Source of the DNA: Candidatus Bathyarchaeota archaeon | GTDB taxonomy: Archaea > Thermoproteota > Bathyarchaeia > Bathyarchaeales > Bathycorpusculaceae | Reading direction: 5' to 3' | Length of the DNA stretch: 64,000 nucleotides | Assembly (NCBI GenBank): GCA_963775685.1 | Contig: CAVZJV010000014.1 | Location: 960,001-1,024,000, forward strand | In this document: one piece after another, positions 35,526 to 47,300 of the stretch | Position numbering within the stretch: the first letter of the stretch is position 1 | How the letters are laid out: each line of letters opens with the position of its first letter | Translations under genes and position numbers: made by a program | The notes under the pieces: generated by a model | What the model was told of the DNA's origin: nothing | The model's input: the letters and a program-made list of their open reading frames with translations, nothing else | Databases searched by the model: none

Positions 35526-35634
35526 ATTTTAAAGGTTTATGAAAAGCTAGTTCAGGTTAGTTGTCAACTTCCACAACATGTTTGCGAAGTGTACTTGACA
35601 AAATCTGCGAAGTACAGTTAACTTTTTGCAAAGT
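35526..35634 (-). promoter_or_regulatory. TATA-like box plus three TYTGCRAAGT operator-like sites
   Basis: AAACCTTTAAAA on the minus strand near 35533; motif copies at 35581, 35604 and 35625. Confidence 0.55.
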
Positions 35635-36218
35635 TTTGCCTCTGGTAGGCTTAGTCTTCTTTGAAAGCGTTTCAAAGAAGGTGAGTGTCTTGATTTTTGT
35701 GTTGCTGCAACAGCTCGAGTATTTTTGGATGTCATATAGCTTTTCATTCATTTTTTTGTCCCCAACGAAGTTTTATATTGAGTATTAATAAACATTATTA
35801 GTTTGACTTTTCAGCGGCTTTCTGTTCAACACACATACGAATTCAAGAGTTTTATTAGAAACGCAACTAAATTTAAATAAAGAATAACATTTGCCTGCGT
35901 TTCTGTTACTCTCCACATTTGTTGAATAACTTTCATGACATTTAAACAAGTCAAGCATTTTTGTGAAAATCCCGAACAGCCACATGTTGGATTAACTTCG
36001 CAGTCGACGAACAGCCAGATGCGATTCAGGGAGTTTTGTTCCTGCAGCATATGTAAACTGTTTACGCACAACATGTAGCCGCGATTTTGCTTTGATAATT
36101 AACGTTAGGTGCTCTTCAACGCCTTGTTTGTTTGGCAGTATAATGAAGGTCACAACAGAACAGAAATTACTATTACCAGGTTCAACAGTTCAACTCGGTG
36201 TTACAATGCTTAAGGGTT

Positions 36219-36425
36219 CTATATAATCCGCATAACCACGGTGACCATGAATGCAAGCCCACATCCGAATGCTGCAAATCGTAGTCGTTTCTTGTCTATC
36301 ATAATACGTTTTGAATATTCCGGCAGTGAGGCAATCAGTTCCGACGTTATCAATAGTATAAGGGCTAAAACTGCTAACAACAAGCCTATGTCAGAAACTG
36401 AAAGTGGAAAACTCATAAACATCAA
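36219..36425 (-). CDS. Small 2-TM membrane protein (paralog of 16757-16978)
   Basis: PLSVSDIGLLLA...LLIT...DKKRL; overlaps the upstream stop codon. Confidence 0.8.
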   Translation of the reverse strand: MMFMSFPLSVSDIGLLLAVLALILLITSELIASLPEYSKRIMIDKKRLRFAAFGCGLAFMVTVVMRII

Positions 36426-37264
36426 CCTGCAAATTCATAGGTTGTTTCAATTATTGATGTGTCTTGGGAGACATTTATTTCTTTTATAGTTATTGTTTTT
36501 CCTGTGCCTTGAGCTATTAGACATGCAATGGCACTTATTAAGGGGCAACCAAGGAAAAAGATACTTTTATTGTTTTTAATTGTGTAAAGGTTTTTGAATA
36601 TGGAACCTTTGATTACGAGGTGGATTTGTTCTGATTCTGCATTCATTATAAGATCTTTTGCTATGGTGAAGTTGTTTAGAATAACACGAGGAAGAATATC
36701 ACATAATTCATTGATATCGGTGTTTGTTATTTGGTTCTTTAGGTGTTTTTGGATTTGGTTTAGGAGACCAATTCCTGGAGGGGTTAATAATACTCCTTTC
36801 TTGCGTTCTATCCAGAATTTTCCTTGTGAAATATCCTCAAGTGAGGGCATGGCAAAAACATTGTTTGCCGAAATAAAAACAACTGGGTCTTTAAGACCTA
36901 CTAGGTGTTCAGGAACCTGGGCATCCTTGGGATAAGAAGGAATATAGTAACCTTTTTCTACGTATTGTAATTCTTTGACCATTTTATCAATGTTTGAATA
37001 CTCAGGCATTGCAGTGCTTATGAGAAAGATTTCTTCTATGTAGCTTTTTGGGGTGGTTAGAAGAAAAAGAACTCCCCAGAAAGTTAAGCCTAAACCAATA
37101 AAGGCAAGAACTTGGGATGAAGAAAAAATTGAGATAACTAAGGATATTATTCCAGCTACAATGAATACTGCACCGATTTTTCCCGAAATAAAGTTGGCAG
37201 ATGTATTTAGGAAGTCTCTGATTTGGTTTCCAAGATTAAAGTCAACCCTAGGTCCTATAGGCAA
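36422..37264 (-). CDS. 2-TM membrane protein with a V4R-like C-terminal domain (paralog of 16978-17790)
   Basis: GLGLTFWG, PPG, GCPLISAIAC. Confidence 0.75.
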   Translation of the reverse strand: MPIGPRVDFNLGNQIRDFLNTSANFISGKIGAVFIVAGIISLVISIFSSSQVLAFIGLGLTFWGVLFLLTTPKSYIEEIFLISTAMPEYSNIDKMVKELQYVEKGYYIPSYPKDAQVPEHLVGLKDPVVFISANNVFAMPSLEDISQGKFWIERKKGVLLTPPGIGLLNQIQKHLKNQITNTDINELCDILPRVILNNFTIAKDLIMNAESEQIHLVIKGSIFKNLYTIKNNKSIFFLGCPLISAIACLIAQGTGKTITIKEINVSQDTSIIETTYEFAG

Positions 37265-37520
37265 CGTGAAATCCTCGTTAGGTCATTCTTTGTTCAGTTT
37301 GATTTAACGATGGATATAAGGCTTCTTTAGGTTTTCGGAATACATATCAGTTAAGATTAACTCCGTTGGTCCCAACCACGTTCTATTTTTCTTGGTTATG
37401 CCATGTTTCTATTCTAAAATCCATAACTTATCCCCAAATAGAAAAACATTGAAAATGACCAAGGAGCTCAAAAAAAATTGCTAATAAAAACTGTTTTAAT
37501 AGCTTCTTTGCTATTGGATG

Positions 37521-38171
37521 TTAAGGTTGGGCTATTTCAGAGGATATTTGAAGGTTAAAGCTAAATGAAGTAACATTGTTTGCAAACAAGTATTCTGCGA
37601 AGTCGGCAGAGAGTTGTGAAGATAGCGTTAGTGTTAGAAAGATTGTTTGGTTGTAATTTAACGGTGTTTGTACATAGTCCCATGATAAGCTCAGGTATGA
37701 GTCGATTCCCTGGGGCAACCAATCAGTAACGCTATATGTAAGCATAACAGGAATGTTACTTGTGCTTCTTACATAGAATGACGCGTTTTCTGAATCGCCT
37801 ATGTACAACGGGTTCCACTGTATAGCATTTCCTTGCAAATCGCCCCCAAAGATGTCGACGCCTGTTACGTATATGATGCCAGAGCTTGAATAATTCTGAA
37901 TATAAGGCACATATGTGGGAGTTGGTGGTTCACTTGGTTTTGGAGTAATTTTCGGAGACGGAGTTGGAGAAGGTTTTGAAGTTGGAAAAGGTGTTGGAGA
38001 AATTACTGGAGTTGGAGTTGAGGTTGATTCAGGATTTTTTAGAGTTTTGGATTTCCCATCAAAGACTTCAAAGTTAATAATCGAAGTGATTAACACAACA
38101 AGAATGAGTAAAAAAATTGTTCTTCTGAATCGATTAATTTGAGTAATTACTTTCGAGACCCTTGATTTCAA
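37521..38171 (-). CDS. N-terminally anchored protein with PT stalk and a TasA/AbpA-like beta-sandwich domain
   Basis: TM, PT linker, then SSGII..GV...IQW..L..GD....FYVRSTSNIPV.L...W.P....YLSLSWDY...LTL...SFSFN. Confidence 0.6.
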   Translation of the reverse strand: MKSRVSKVITQINRFRRTIFLLILVVLITSIINFEVFDGKSKTLKNPESTSTPTPVISPTPFPTSKPSPTPSPKITPKPSEPPTPTYVPYIQNYSSSGIIYVTGVDIFGGDLQGNAIQWNPLYIGDSENASFYVRSTSNIPVMLTYSVTDWLPQGIDSYLSLSWDYVQTPLNYNQTIFLTLTLSSQLSADFAEYLFANNVTSFSFNLQISSEIAQP

Positions 38172-38416
38172 AACCTAATTTACCTCTTAAACATCTTTTC
38201 TAAAAATCTGAAGAGACCTTAATAAAATTCTCAATCCAACTTTCAATTATTAGAAACCCGCCAAATTCTCTAAACTTTGAGTTAGTTTGATCTGATAATT
38301 TCAAGATAACTATTACTATTTTTGGTTTTGATGAGAGTTATCAAAACTTTTCTTCTCCAAACCAAAATGCTCTTAATAATCTATTAAGCGGAATTAATTA
38401 ATAGTTAGAATTAATG

Positions 38417-39364
38417 CTATTTGAGTTTAATAACTCTGTTCTCTGCTGAAGACTTTAGCGCAGCCGTTGCTATTTGCAAAGCCTTAATGCCATCAAACCC
38501 TGTTACAATTGGTGTTTTTTTATATAAAATACAATCGGAGAAGTGTTGAAGTTCCTGTTGTAAGGGCTCCAAAATTGGTAACCTAGGCTGCACCGATTCT
38601 TTGGCATTTTCTATCCATAGTTCTTGGGTTAGGTAGTCTAGCCTCATAATTGCGTCACTTCCTGTAACACTTAGTATCCGAGTTTTGTAAGGAGTCAACC
38701 AATTGGATTCAATAAATGCACTCTTGCCACTTTCATAAGTTAACATTATTTGTGCGAAATCTTCGAATTTTCTGTAGCTTCTACTTCCAGTCTTTGCGTA
38801 GACATTAACAGGGTCTTCGTTTGATATATACCGCATAACATCAATGTCGTGGATTGAGATATCTTTCACTACTCCAACATCTCCTATTCTTTCAGGCCAT
38901 TGTGAGACTCTTTTTGCAGAGGCACTAACGAGGTCTCCAACCGATTTGCTTTGAATATTTTCTCGAATTTGCCGGAGTCCAGGAATAAAACGCATCAGGA
39001 AACCAACAGTTAAAATTAATCCATTGCTTTCTGCAACCCTCAACAGAGACTCAGCATCTCTCACACTAGCAGCCATAGGTTTTTCAACAAGAACATGCTT
39101 CCCTGCTTCCAACGCCATAAGCGCTTCTTTGGCTAAAACAGTTGACCATGTGCAAACGCTGACTGCGTCGATTTCTTCCGTTTTTAACATAAGAGAACTA
39201 TCAGTGTAAGGTACCGCATTGTTCTTTTCAGCGATTGCCTTAACTCTTTCTTTGTTGACATCACAAATCGCTACAAGGTTGAAAGAATCCAGTTCTTTGT
39301 AGACTCGAACGTGATTAATACCCCAAATACCGGTCCCTATTACAGCAACATTAAGTTTTTTCAT
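38417..39364 (-). CDS. Gfo/Idh/MocA oxidoreductase, UDP-HexNAc(A) 3-dehydrogenase-like
   Basis: VIGTGIWG.NH, HVLVEKP, RIGDVGVVKDISIHDID. Confidence 0.9.
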   Translation of the reverse strand: MKKLNVAVIGTGIWGINHVRVYKELDSFNLVAICDVNKERVKAIAEKNNAVPYTDSSLMLKTEEIDAVSVCTWSTVLAKEALMALEAGKHVLVEKPMAASVRDAESLLRVAESNGLILTVGFLMRFIPGLRQIRENIQSKSVGDLVSASAKRVSQWPERIGDVGVVKDISIHDIDVMRYISNEDPVNVYAKTGSRSYRKFEDFAQIMLTYESGKSAFIESNWLTPYKTRILSVTGSDAIMRLDYLTQELWIENAKESVQPRLPILEPLQQELQHFSDCILYKKTPIVTGFDGIKALQIATAALKSSAENRVIKLK

Positions 39365-39518
39365 ATTTTTTACACCATTTTATCTGCCTAAAAATAGAAA
39401 TCAACTTTAATTCAAAAAGACCTGTTAATTATGGAGAAGCTAATCGAAAATATCGTGTTTTAGATCTTTTCCTCTTTTTCAACAAGAAAGAGAAGATTAT
39501 TGAGATAGATTCTCGAAG

Positions 39519-41105
39519 CTATTTTCTTAATATTTTTTCCATTATTTTAAGCGGAACTCTAAGTAACTTGGCAAAAAAACCAAAATTAGAAATTAAAGTT
39601 CTAAGGTTCGAAATATCTGTTTGATCTATGGCGCCTATAATGGGCGATATTAATAAGTAGAGTGTAATGAAAAGCGATGTGCCGACAATTAATCTCAGTG
39701 CTTCAAAAGTGCCAAATATTTCTAAGAATAGAAAGGTAAGTAATCCAGCTATCAAAGATGCAACCAAAATTTTGGCTGAAGACCTAAAATCTATTTTGGC
39801 ACCATAACGTTTTGAGACTTTGAAAACAGCAATAAACATGCTCGGCAATCCTCCAACGATATTTACCAATATTAGCCCAGGTATGCCTAACAATGGAATC
39901 AATAGAAAGCCTAACGGAACTCCGATGCATAGGCTCAAAGTGAACAATTTCATTAATAATTTTGTTTCCCCTACTGCAGTTAAGAGACTAAACGCAGCAA
40001 TGTTTCCGAAAACACAGAATATATTAATTGATACGTACATCGTTAGATAAGAGGGAGCAAGGAGCCATTTACCACCATAAATTGTTGCTATGAGAGGTGT
40101 TGATATAACCATGGCAAGTATTGTGAGTGGAACCAGCAAGAAGGCAGTATACTTAACTGATAATCTGAATACTTTTTGAAGAACTTCTTTTTCTTTTGAA
40201 AGGTTAATTTTAGAAAAAGCTGGAAATAACACTGTAGATATGGGCATTGAAATAAAGGTTAGCAATACAGCAAAATTGATCGCGGTCTTATAGCTTCCAA
40301 TGACAGCGAAATCAATAATGTATTTTGCCATCATAAAAGAATAGAACTGTGATAATACCCCGCCCAAAATACTACCAATAGCGAGAGGAACTCCAAACTT
40401 CAACATGCTTTTTAATGTTAAAATTATTTCAGAAATGTTAATTTTGTTTTTGGCTGGCTCAATTTTTCTTAGTATAACTGCATATAGGAGACCTATGGAA
40501 AGCAAGCCGGCAATAAGAAAACCAAAGAAATACCCTATTAGTGCACCAAATGCTCCATAACCTAAGTAAACCAACAATGGTCCAAGTATACAAGTGATTG
40601 ATGCTTGACAGATCATTATTAGAACATACAGATCCATTCGTTCAAAACCTATAAAGGCAGAGTGAGGGGCCACAAGCAATGAATTGGATAAAATGATCAG
40701 GGAGGCAACTGATATTAGAAACACAGATTCAGGCTTGTTAATAATTGAAGCTATATAAGCAGCCATAAAAAACGAAAGTAGAGTTAAAAATAGTCCAGTT
40801 GAAACTTGGAAAGTTAGACCAGAGAGTACAATTTTTCGTGCGCCACCCAAATTATTTTCAGATCTGCATTTGGCACATAGCTTAACCATTGCTGCCCCAA
40901 CTCCCCAGTCTTGGAATAGTAGAATAGTTGTTGCAGGGATTAAGGCAATTACATATAGACCATAGTCCTTTTCTGAGATGAAAAGTTGCAGAATTATTGT
41001 TCCTACTGCCAGTAATATTGTAGATATTATTTGCCCTATGAATAAATGGAAGCTGCCGTGAGCTGAAGTCTGCCCTATTTCAGTTGCTTTATCCATGACT
41101 TTCAC
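39519..41105 (-). CDS. Wzx/RfbX-type oligosaccharide flippase
   Basis: About 14 TM segments; DYGLY, STVLFPAFS; located in a glycosyltransferase cluster. Confidence 0.88.
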   Translation of the reverse strand: MKVMDKATEIGQTSAHGSFHLFIGQIISTILLAVGTIILQLFISEKDYGLYVIALIPATTILLFQDWGVGAAMVKLCAKCRSENNLGGARKIVLSGLTFQVSTGLFLTLLSFFMAAYIASIINKPESVFLISVASLIILSNSLLVAPHSAFIGFERMDLYVLIMICQASITCILGPLLVYLGYGAFGALIGYFFGFLIAGLLSIGLLYAVILRKIEPAKNKINISEIILTLKSMLKFGVPLAIGSILGGVLSQFYSFMMAKYIIDFAVIGSYKTAINFAVLLTFISMPISTVLFPAFSKINLSKEKEVLQKVFRLSVKYTAFLLVPLTILAMVISTPLIATIYGGKWLLAPSYLTMYVSINIFCVFGNIAAFSLLTAVGETKLLMKLFTLSLCIGVPLGFLLIPLLGIPGLILVNIVGGLPSMFIAVFKVSKRYGAKIDFRSSAKILVASLIAGLLTFLFLEIFGTFEALRLIVGTSLFITLYLLISPIIGAIDQTDISNLRTLISNFGFFAKLLRVPLKIMEKILRK

Positions 41106-41352
41106 TTAAAGTTATGAGGTTTTTCTTATTAACAAAGTGCATTGAAAGATAATGTTTTTGTGAAAGAACCATAATAATTTTTGGTCCAGTTGGCATGAAA
41201 AACACATTATTATTTATTAACTTGAGAAAAATTTTTCGTTGTTGGATAATAATTTGAGTTTAATATTTTTATTTTGCTTATTATCAGAAAAATAAAAAAA
41301 TAGTGATTGAACTGGTATTTTTGAGAGCACATTTCGTCCCACAAATCTGGAG

Positions 41353-44300
41353 TTAGCTACTTAGATATTGAATTGAAATGCTTTGAAGGATTGGTGTTAC
41401 TTCAGTATTTGTTGTCTGGAACGTTATGCGGTATTGAATATAACGGTTGTTTGGACTCAAAATTAAGTCGCCTGAATTAGAGTATATAGTTGACCAGTTG
41501 CTCCATGAACTATCTGGAACTAAATTATTGCCTGATCTGGTTTGTATTGCTATGCTTGTTCCTTGAGGTAACGTTGATGCCCAATAAATGCTTTGCCAAG
41601 TAACCAAAGAGGTGGCATCGAAGACACTTGATGTAAACACTCCAGTGGATACGTATTGTTCGCTTGATTGACTGTTATATGTGGTAAGTGTCAAGTCATC
41701 GATATAAGATGTTGCAAAGTTTCCTGCTGTTGGTGGATAATTATTGTCTAGGTCTGGATTTGGGTAGGTATAGCCACCTTGTGTGTAACCACCGTTTCCG
41801 TATCCTTTTCCGACAATTAACAATGAGGGTGAACCGTTGTAGCTGGTTGGTCGCGACGCTGTTCTCAGAACTATCCAGCTTAATCCATCTGATGATTTGC
41901 TGAATTGTATGGTTGTTGAGTTTACGAATATTTTGACATACAAGAATACATTTGGAGCAGCACCCGAGTAAGCGGCAAATCCTTCGGTTTGGGATGAATA
42001 TACATTTACGTTTGTTATGAAGTTGCCATTTGAAATTCCAATTCCGCACCAATCACCTGATGCCCAGTATAACGCTATTTTTGGACACCAAGAAGTACCT
42101 GTATTTGCTTGAACTTGGATTCTTGCAGCTAAGGTTACATTTATAGTATTAGAGGATAAGGCAAGACTTCGTTCTATGTGCGCAAAGCTGTTCTCAGCTG
42201 CATTTATTGAAAGAACGCCACCGGTTTCCGAAATGGTACTGTAATATGCTGCCGCGTTGTCTGCGCAAAGCCATGGATAAGGTGATGCATTAGTCACAGT
42301 CCCCTTTAAACCGTCAACAACTCTGACAGGAGCATAGTTCGAGGACCATTGACTAGATGCGGTTACTGCTTTGTTTAAAGCAATATTTGTGCTTGGATTC
42401 CCCGATTGGAAAACTTCTATCTCATTTAGACCTTGAGATAAGCCGGTTAAGTAATGTGATAAGATTACTATTTTGACATACCGCGCATTTGTAGCCGTGA
42501 AAGTATTCGTTCCGACATTGTTTATACTTGCTTGAAGCGTATTAGTCCCAACAGTTGTGTAAACCACATCATCGGTACTAATCTGAATTTGATAGTCTTG
42601 GGTGAAGTAATTCGGAAAGTTGCTTTGATAGACTTTGACTGTATTAATGCTGAAAATTGATCCTAAGTCTATTTTTATCCATTGACTTAAGGATGATTTA
42701 TCAACTGTCCATCCAGATTCTAATATTCCGTCGTTGAAGTTGTCATTAAATGTCGATGTTGTAACACCTGAGGTCTTTGATAGAATAAGATCACCATCAG
42801 ATTGGCCGATCGTGGTGGTTTCTACATTATTTTTATTACCTGAGTTAAAATCAGTCAATGTAGTCTGCGTCCAAGTTAAGTACAAGTTAACCGCAAAAGT
42901 CACATCAACAGAAGTATCGCCAGTAATAGTCGGATTATAGCTAGTTACCGAGCCTAAATGAGTAGTTCCATTAACAACCACATCAGCAACATGATACCCA
43001 AGGTTTGGAGTGAAAAGGAAGCTTAGCGATGCACCCGAATCAACCATCTGAGTAGCCAAATTAGACAAGCCATTAGAACCCACATTAACCGTAACCAAGT
43101 ACAAGTTAACCGCAAAAGTCACATCAACAGAAGTATCGCCAGTAATAGTCGGATTATAGCTAGTTACCGAGCCTAAATGAGTAGTTCCATTAACAACCAC
43201 ATCAGCAACATGATACCCAAGGTTTGGAGTGAAAAGGAAGCTTAGCGATGCACCCGAATCAACCATCTGAGTAGCCAAATTAGACAAGCCATTAGAACCC
43301 ACATTAACCGTAACCAAGTACAAGTTAACCGCAAAAGTCACATCAACAGAAGTATCGCCAGTAATAGTCGGATTATAGCTAGTAACCGAGCCTAAATGAG
43401 TAGTTCCATTAACAACCACATCAGCAACATGATACCCAAGGTTTGGAGTGAAAAGGAAGCTTAGCGATGCACCCGAATCAACCATCTGAGTAGCCAAATT
43501 AGACAAGCCATTAGAACCCACATTAACCGTAACCAAGTACAAGTTAACCGCAAAAGTCACATCAACAGAAGTATCGCCAGTAATAGTCGGATTATAGCTA
43601 GTAACCGAGCCTAAATGAGTAGTTCCATTAACAACCACATCAGCAACATGATACCCAAGGTTTGGAGTGAAAAGGAAGCTTAGCGATGCACCCGAATCAA
43701 CCATCTGAGTAGCCAAATTAGACAAGCCATTAGAACCCACATTAACCGTAACCAAGTACAAGTTAACCGCAAAAGTCACATCAACAGAAGTATCGCCAGT
43801 AATAGTCGGATTATAGCTAGTAACCGAGCCTAAATGAGTAGTTCCATTAACAACCACATCAGCAACATGATACCCAAGGTTTGGAGTGAAAATGAAGCTT
43901 AGCGATGCACCCGAATCAACCATCTGAGTAGCCAAATTAGACAAGCCATTAGAACCCACATTAACCGTAACCAAGTACAAGTTAACCGCAAAAGTCACAT
44001 CAACAGAAGTATCGCCAGTAATAGTCGGATTATAGCTAGTAACCGAGCCTAAATGAGTAGTTCCATTAACAACCACATCAGCAACATGATACCCAAGGTT
44101 TGGAGTGAAAATGAAGCTTAGCGATGTACCCGAATCAACCATCTGAGTAGCCAAATTAGACAAGCCATTAGAACCCACATTAACCGTAACCAAGTACAAG
44201 TTAACCGCAAAAGTCACATCAACAGAAGTATCGCCAGTAATAGTCGGGTTATAGCTTGTAACCGAGCCTAAATGAGTAGTTCCATTAACAACCACATCAG

Positions 44301-47300
44301 CAACATGATACCCAAGGTTTGGAGTGAAAATGAAGCTTAGCGATGTACCCGAATCAACCATCTGAGTAGCCAAATTAGACAAGCCATTAGAACCCACATT
44401 AACCGTAACCAAGAACAAGTTAACCGCAAAAGTCACATCAACAGAAGTATCGCCAGTAATAGTCGGATTATAGCTAGTAACCGAGCCTAAATGAGTAGTT
44501 CCATTAACAACCACATCAGCAACATGATACCCAAGGTTTGGAGTGAAAATGAAGCTTAGCGATGTACCCGAATCAACCATCTGAGTAGCCAAATTAGACA
44601 AGCCATTAGAACCCACATTAACCGTAACCAAGTACAAGTTAACCGCAAAAGTCACATCAACAGAAGTATCGCCAGTAATAGTCGGATTATAGCTTGTAAC
44701 CGAACCCAAATGAGTAGTTCCGTTAACAACCACATCAGCAACATGATACCCAAGGTTTGGAGTGAAAATGAAGCTTAGCGATGTACCCGAATCAACCGTC
44801 TGAGTAGCCAAATTAGACAAACCATTAGAACCCACATTAACCGTAACCAAGAACGAGTTAACCGCAAAAGTCACATCAACAGAAGTATCGCCAGTAATAG
44901 TCGGGTTATAGCTTGTTACCGAACCCAAATGAGTAGTTCCGTTAACAACCACATCAGCAACATGATACCCAAGGTTTGGAGTGAAAATGAAGCTTAGCGA
45001 TGTACCCGAATCAACCGTCTGAGTAGCCAAATTAGACAAACCATTAGAACCCACATTAACCGTAACCAAGAACGAGTTAACCGCAAAAGTCACATCAACA
45101 GAAGTATCGCCAGTAATAGTCGGGTTATAGCTTGTTACCGAACCCAAATGAGTAGTTCCGTTAACAACCACATCAGCAACATGATACCCAAGGTTTGGAG
45201 TGAAAATGAAGCTTAGCGATGTACCCGAATCAACCGTCTGAGTAGCCAAATTAGACAAACCATTAGAACCCACATTAACCGTAACCAAGAACGAGTTAAC
45301 CGCAAAAGTCACATCAACAGAAGTATCGCCAGTAATAGTCGGGTTATAGCTTGTTACCGAACCCAAATGAGTAGTTCCGTTAACAACCACATCAGCAACA
45401 TGATACCCAAGGTTTGGAGTGAAAATGAAGCTTAGCGATGTACCCGAATCAACCGTCTGAGTAGCCAAATTAGACAAACCATTAGAACCCACATTAACCG
45501 TAACCAAGAACGAGTTAACCGCAAAAGTCACATCAACAGAAGTATCGCCAGTAATAGTCGGGTTATAGCTTGTTACCGAACCCAAATGAGTAGTTCCGTT
45601 AACAACCACATCAGCAACATGATACCCAAGGTTTGGAGTGAAAATGAAGCTTAGCGATGTACCCGAATCAACCGTCTGAGTAGCCAAATTAGACAAACCA
45701 TTAGAACCCACATTAACCGTAACCAAGAACGAGTTAACCGCAAAAGTCACATCAACAGAAGTATCGCCAGTAATAGTCGGGTTATAGCTTGTTACCGAAC
45801 CCAAATGAGTAGTTCCGTTAACAACCACATCAGCAACATGATACCCAAGGTTTGGAGTGAAAATGAAGCTTAGCGATGTACCCGAATCAACCGTCTGAGT
45901 AGCCAAATTAGACAAACCATTAGAACCCACATTAACCGTAACCAAGAACGAGTTAACCGCAAAAGTCACATCAACAGAAGTATCGCCAGTAATAGTCGGG
46001 TTATAGCTTGTTACCGAACCCAAATGAGTAGTTCCGTTAACAACCACATCAGCAACATGATACCCAAGGTTTGGAGTGAAAATGAAGCTTAGCGATGTAC
46101 CCGAATCAACCGTCTGAGTAGCCAAATTAGACAAACCATTAGAACCCACATTAACCGTAACCAAGAACGAGTTAACCGCAAAAGTCACATCAACAGAAGT
46201 ATCGCCAGTAATAGTCGGGTTATAGCTTGTTACCGAACCCAAATGAGTAGTTCCGTTAACAACCACATCAGCAACATGATACCCAAGGTTTGGAGTGAAA
46301 ATGAAGCTTAGCGATGTACCCGAATCAACCATCTGAGTAGCCAAATTAGACAAACCATTAGAACCCACATTAACCGTAACCAAGAACGAGTTAACCGCAA
46401 AAGTCACATCAACAGAAGTATCGCCAGTAATAGTCGGGTTATAGCTTGTTACCGAACCCAAATGAGTAGTTCCGTTAACAACCACATCAGCAACATGATA
46501 CCCAAGGTTTGGAGTGAAAATGAAGCTTAGCGATGTACCCGAATCAACCGTCTGAGTAGCCAAATTAGACAAACCATTAGAACCCACATTAACCGTAACC
46601 AAGAACGAGTTAACCGCAAAAGTCACATCAACAGAAGTATCGCCAGTAATAGTCGGGTTATAGCTTGTTACCGAACCCAAATGAGTAGTTCCGTTAACAA
46701 CCACATCAGCAACATGATACCCAAGGTTTGGAGTGAAAATGAAGCTTAGCGATGTACCCGAATCAACCGTCTGAGTAGCCAAATTAGACAAACCATTAGA
46801 ACCCACATTAACCGTAACCAAGAACGAGTTAACCGCAAAAGTCACATCAACAGAAGTATCGCCAGTAATAGTCGGGTTATAGCTTGTTACCGAACCCAAA
46901 TGAGTAGTTCCGTTAACAACCACATCAGCAACATGATACCCAAGGTTTGGAGTGAAAATGAAGCTTAGCGATGTACCCGAATCAACCGTCTGAGTAGCCA
47001 AATTAGACAAACCATTAGAACCCACATTAACCGTAACCAAGAACGAGTTAACCGCAAAAGTCACATCAACAGAAGTATCGCCAGTAATAGTCGGGTTATA
47101 GCTTGTTACCGAACCCAAATGAGTAGTTCCGTTAACAACCACATCAGCAACATGATACCCAAGGTTTGGAGTGAAAATGAAGCTTAGCGATGTACCCGAA
47201 TCAACCGTCTGAGTAGCCAAATTAGACAAACCATTAGAACCCACATTAACCGTAACCAAGAACGAGTTAACCGCAAAAGTCGCCGAGATCGTGTGAGACG

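Noticed and set aside
35547-36074. Several overlapping 64-82 aa ORFs
   Set aside because: They overlap one another and the operator-like region, and show no coding features
42881-47280. CRISPR array
   Set aside because: Units are contiguous 219-bp in-frame coding repeats with no unique spacers; no cas genes seen
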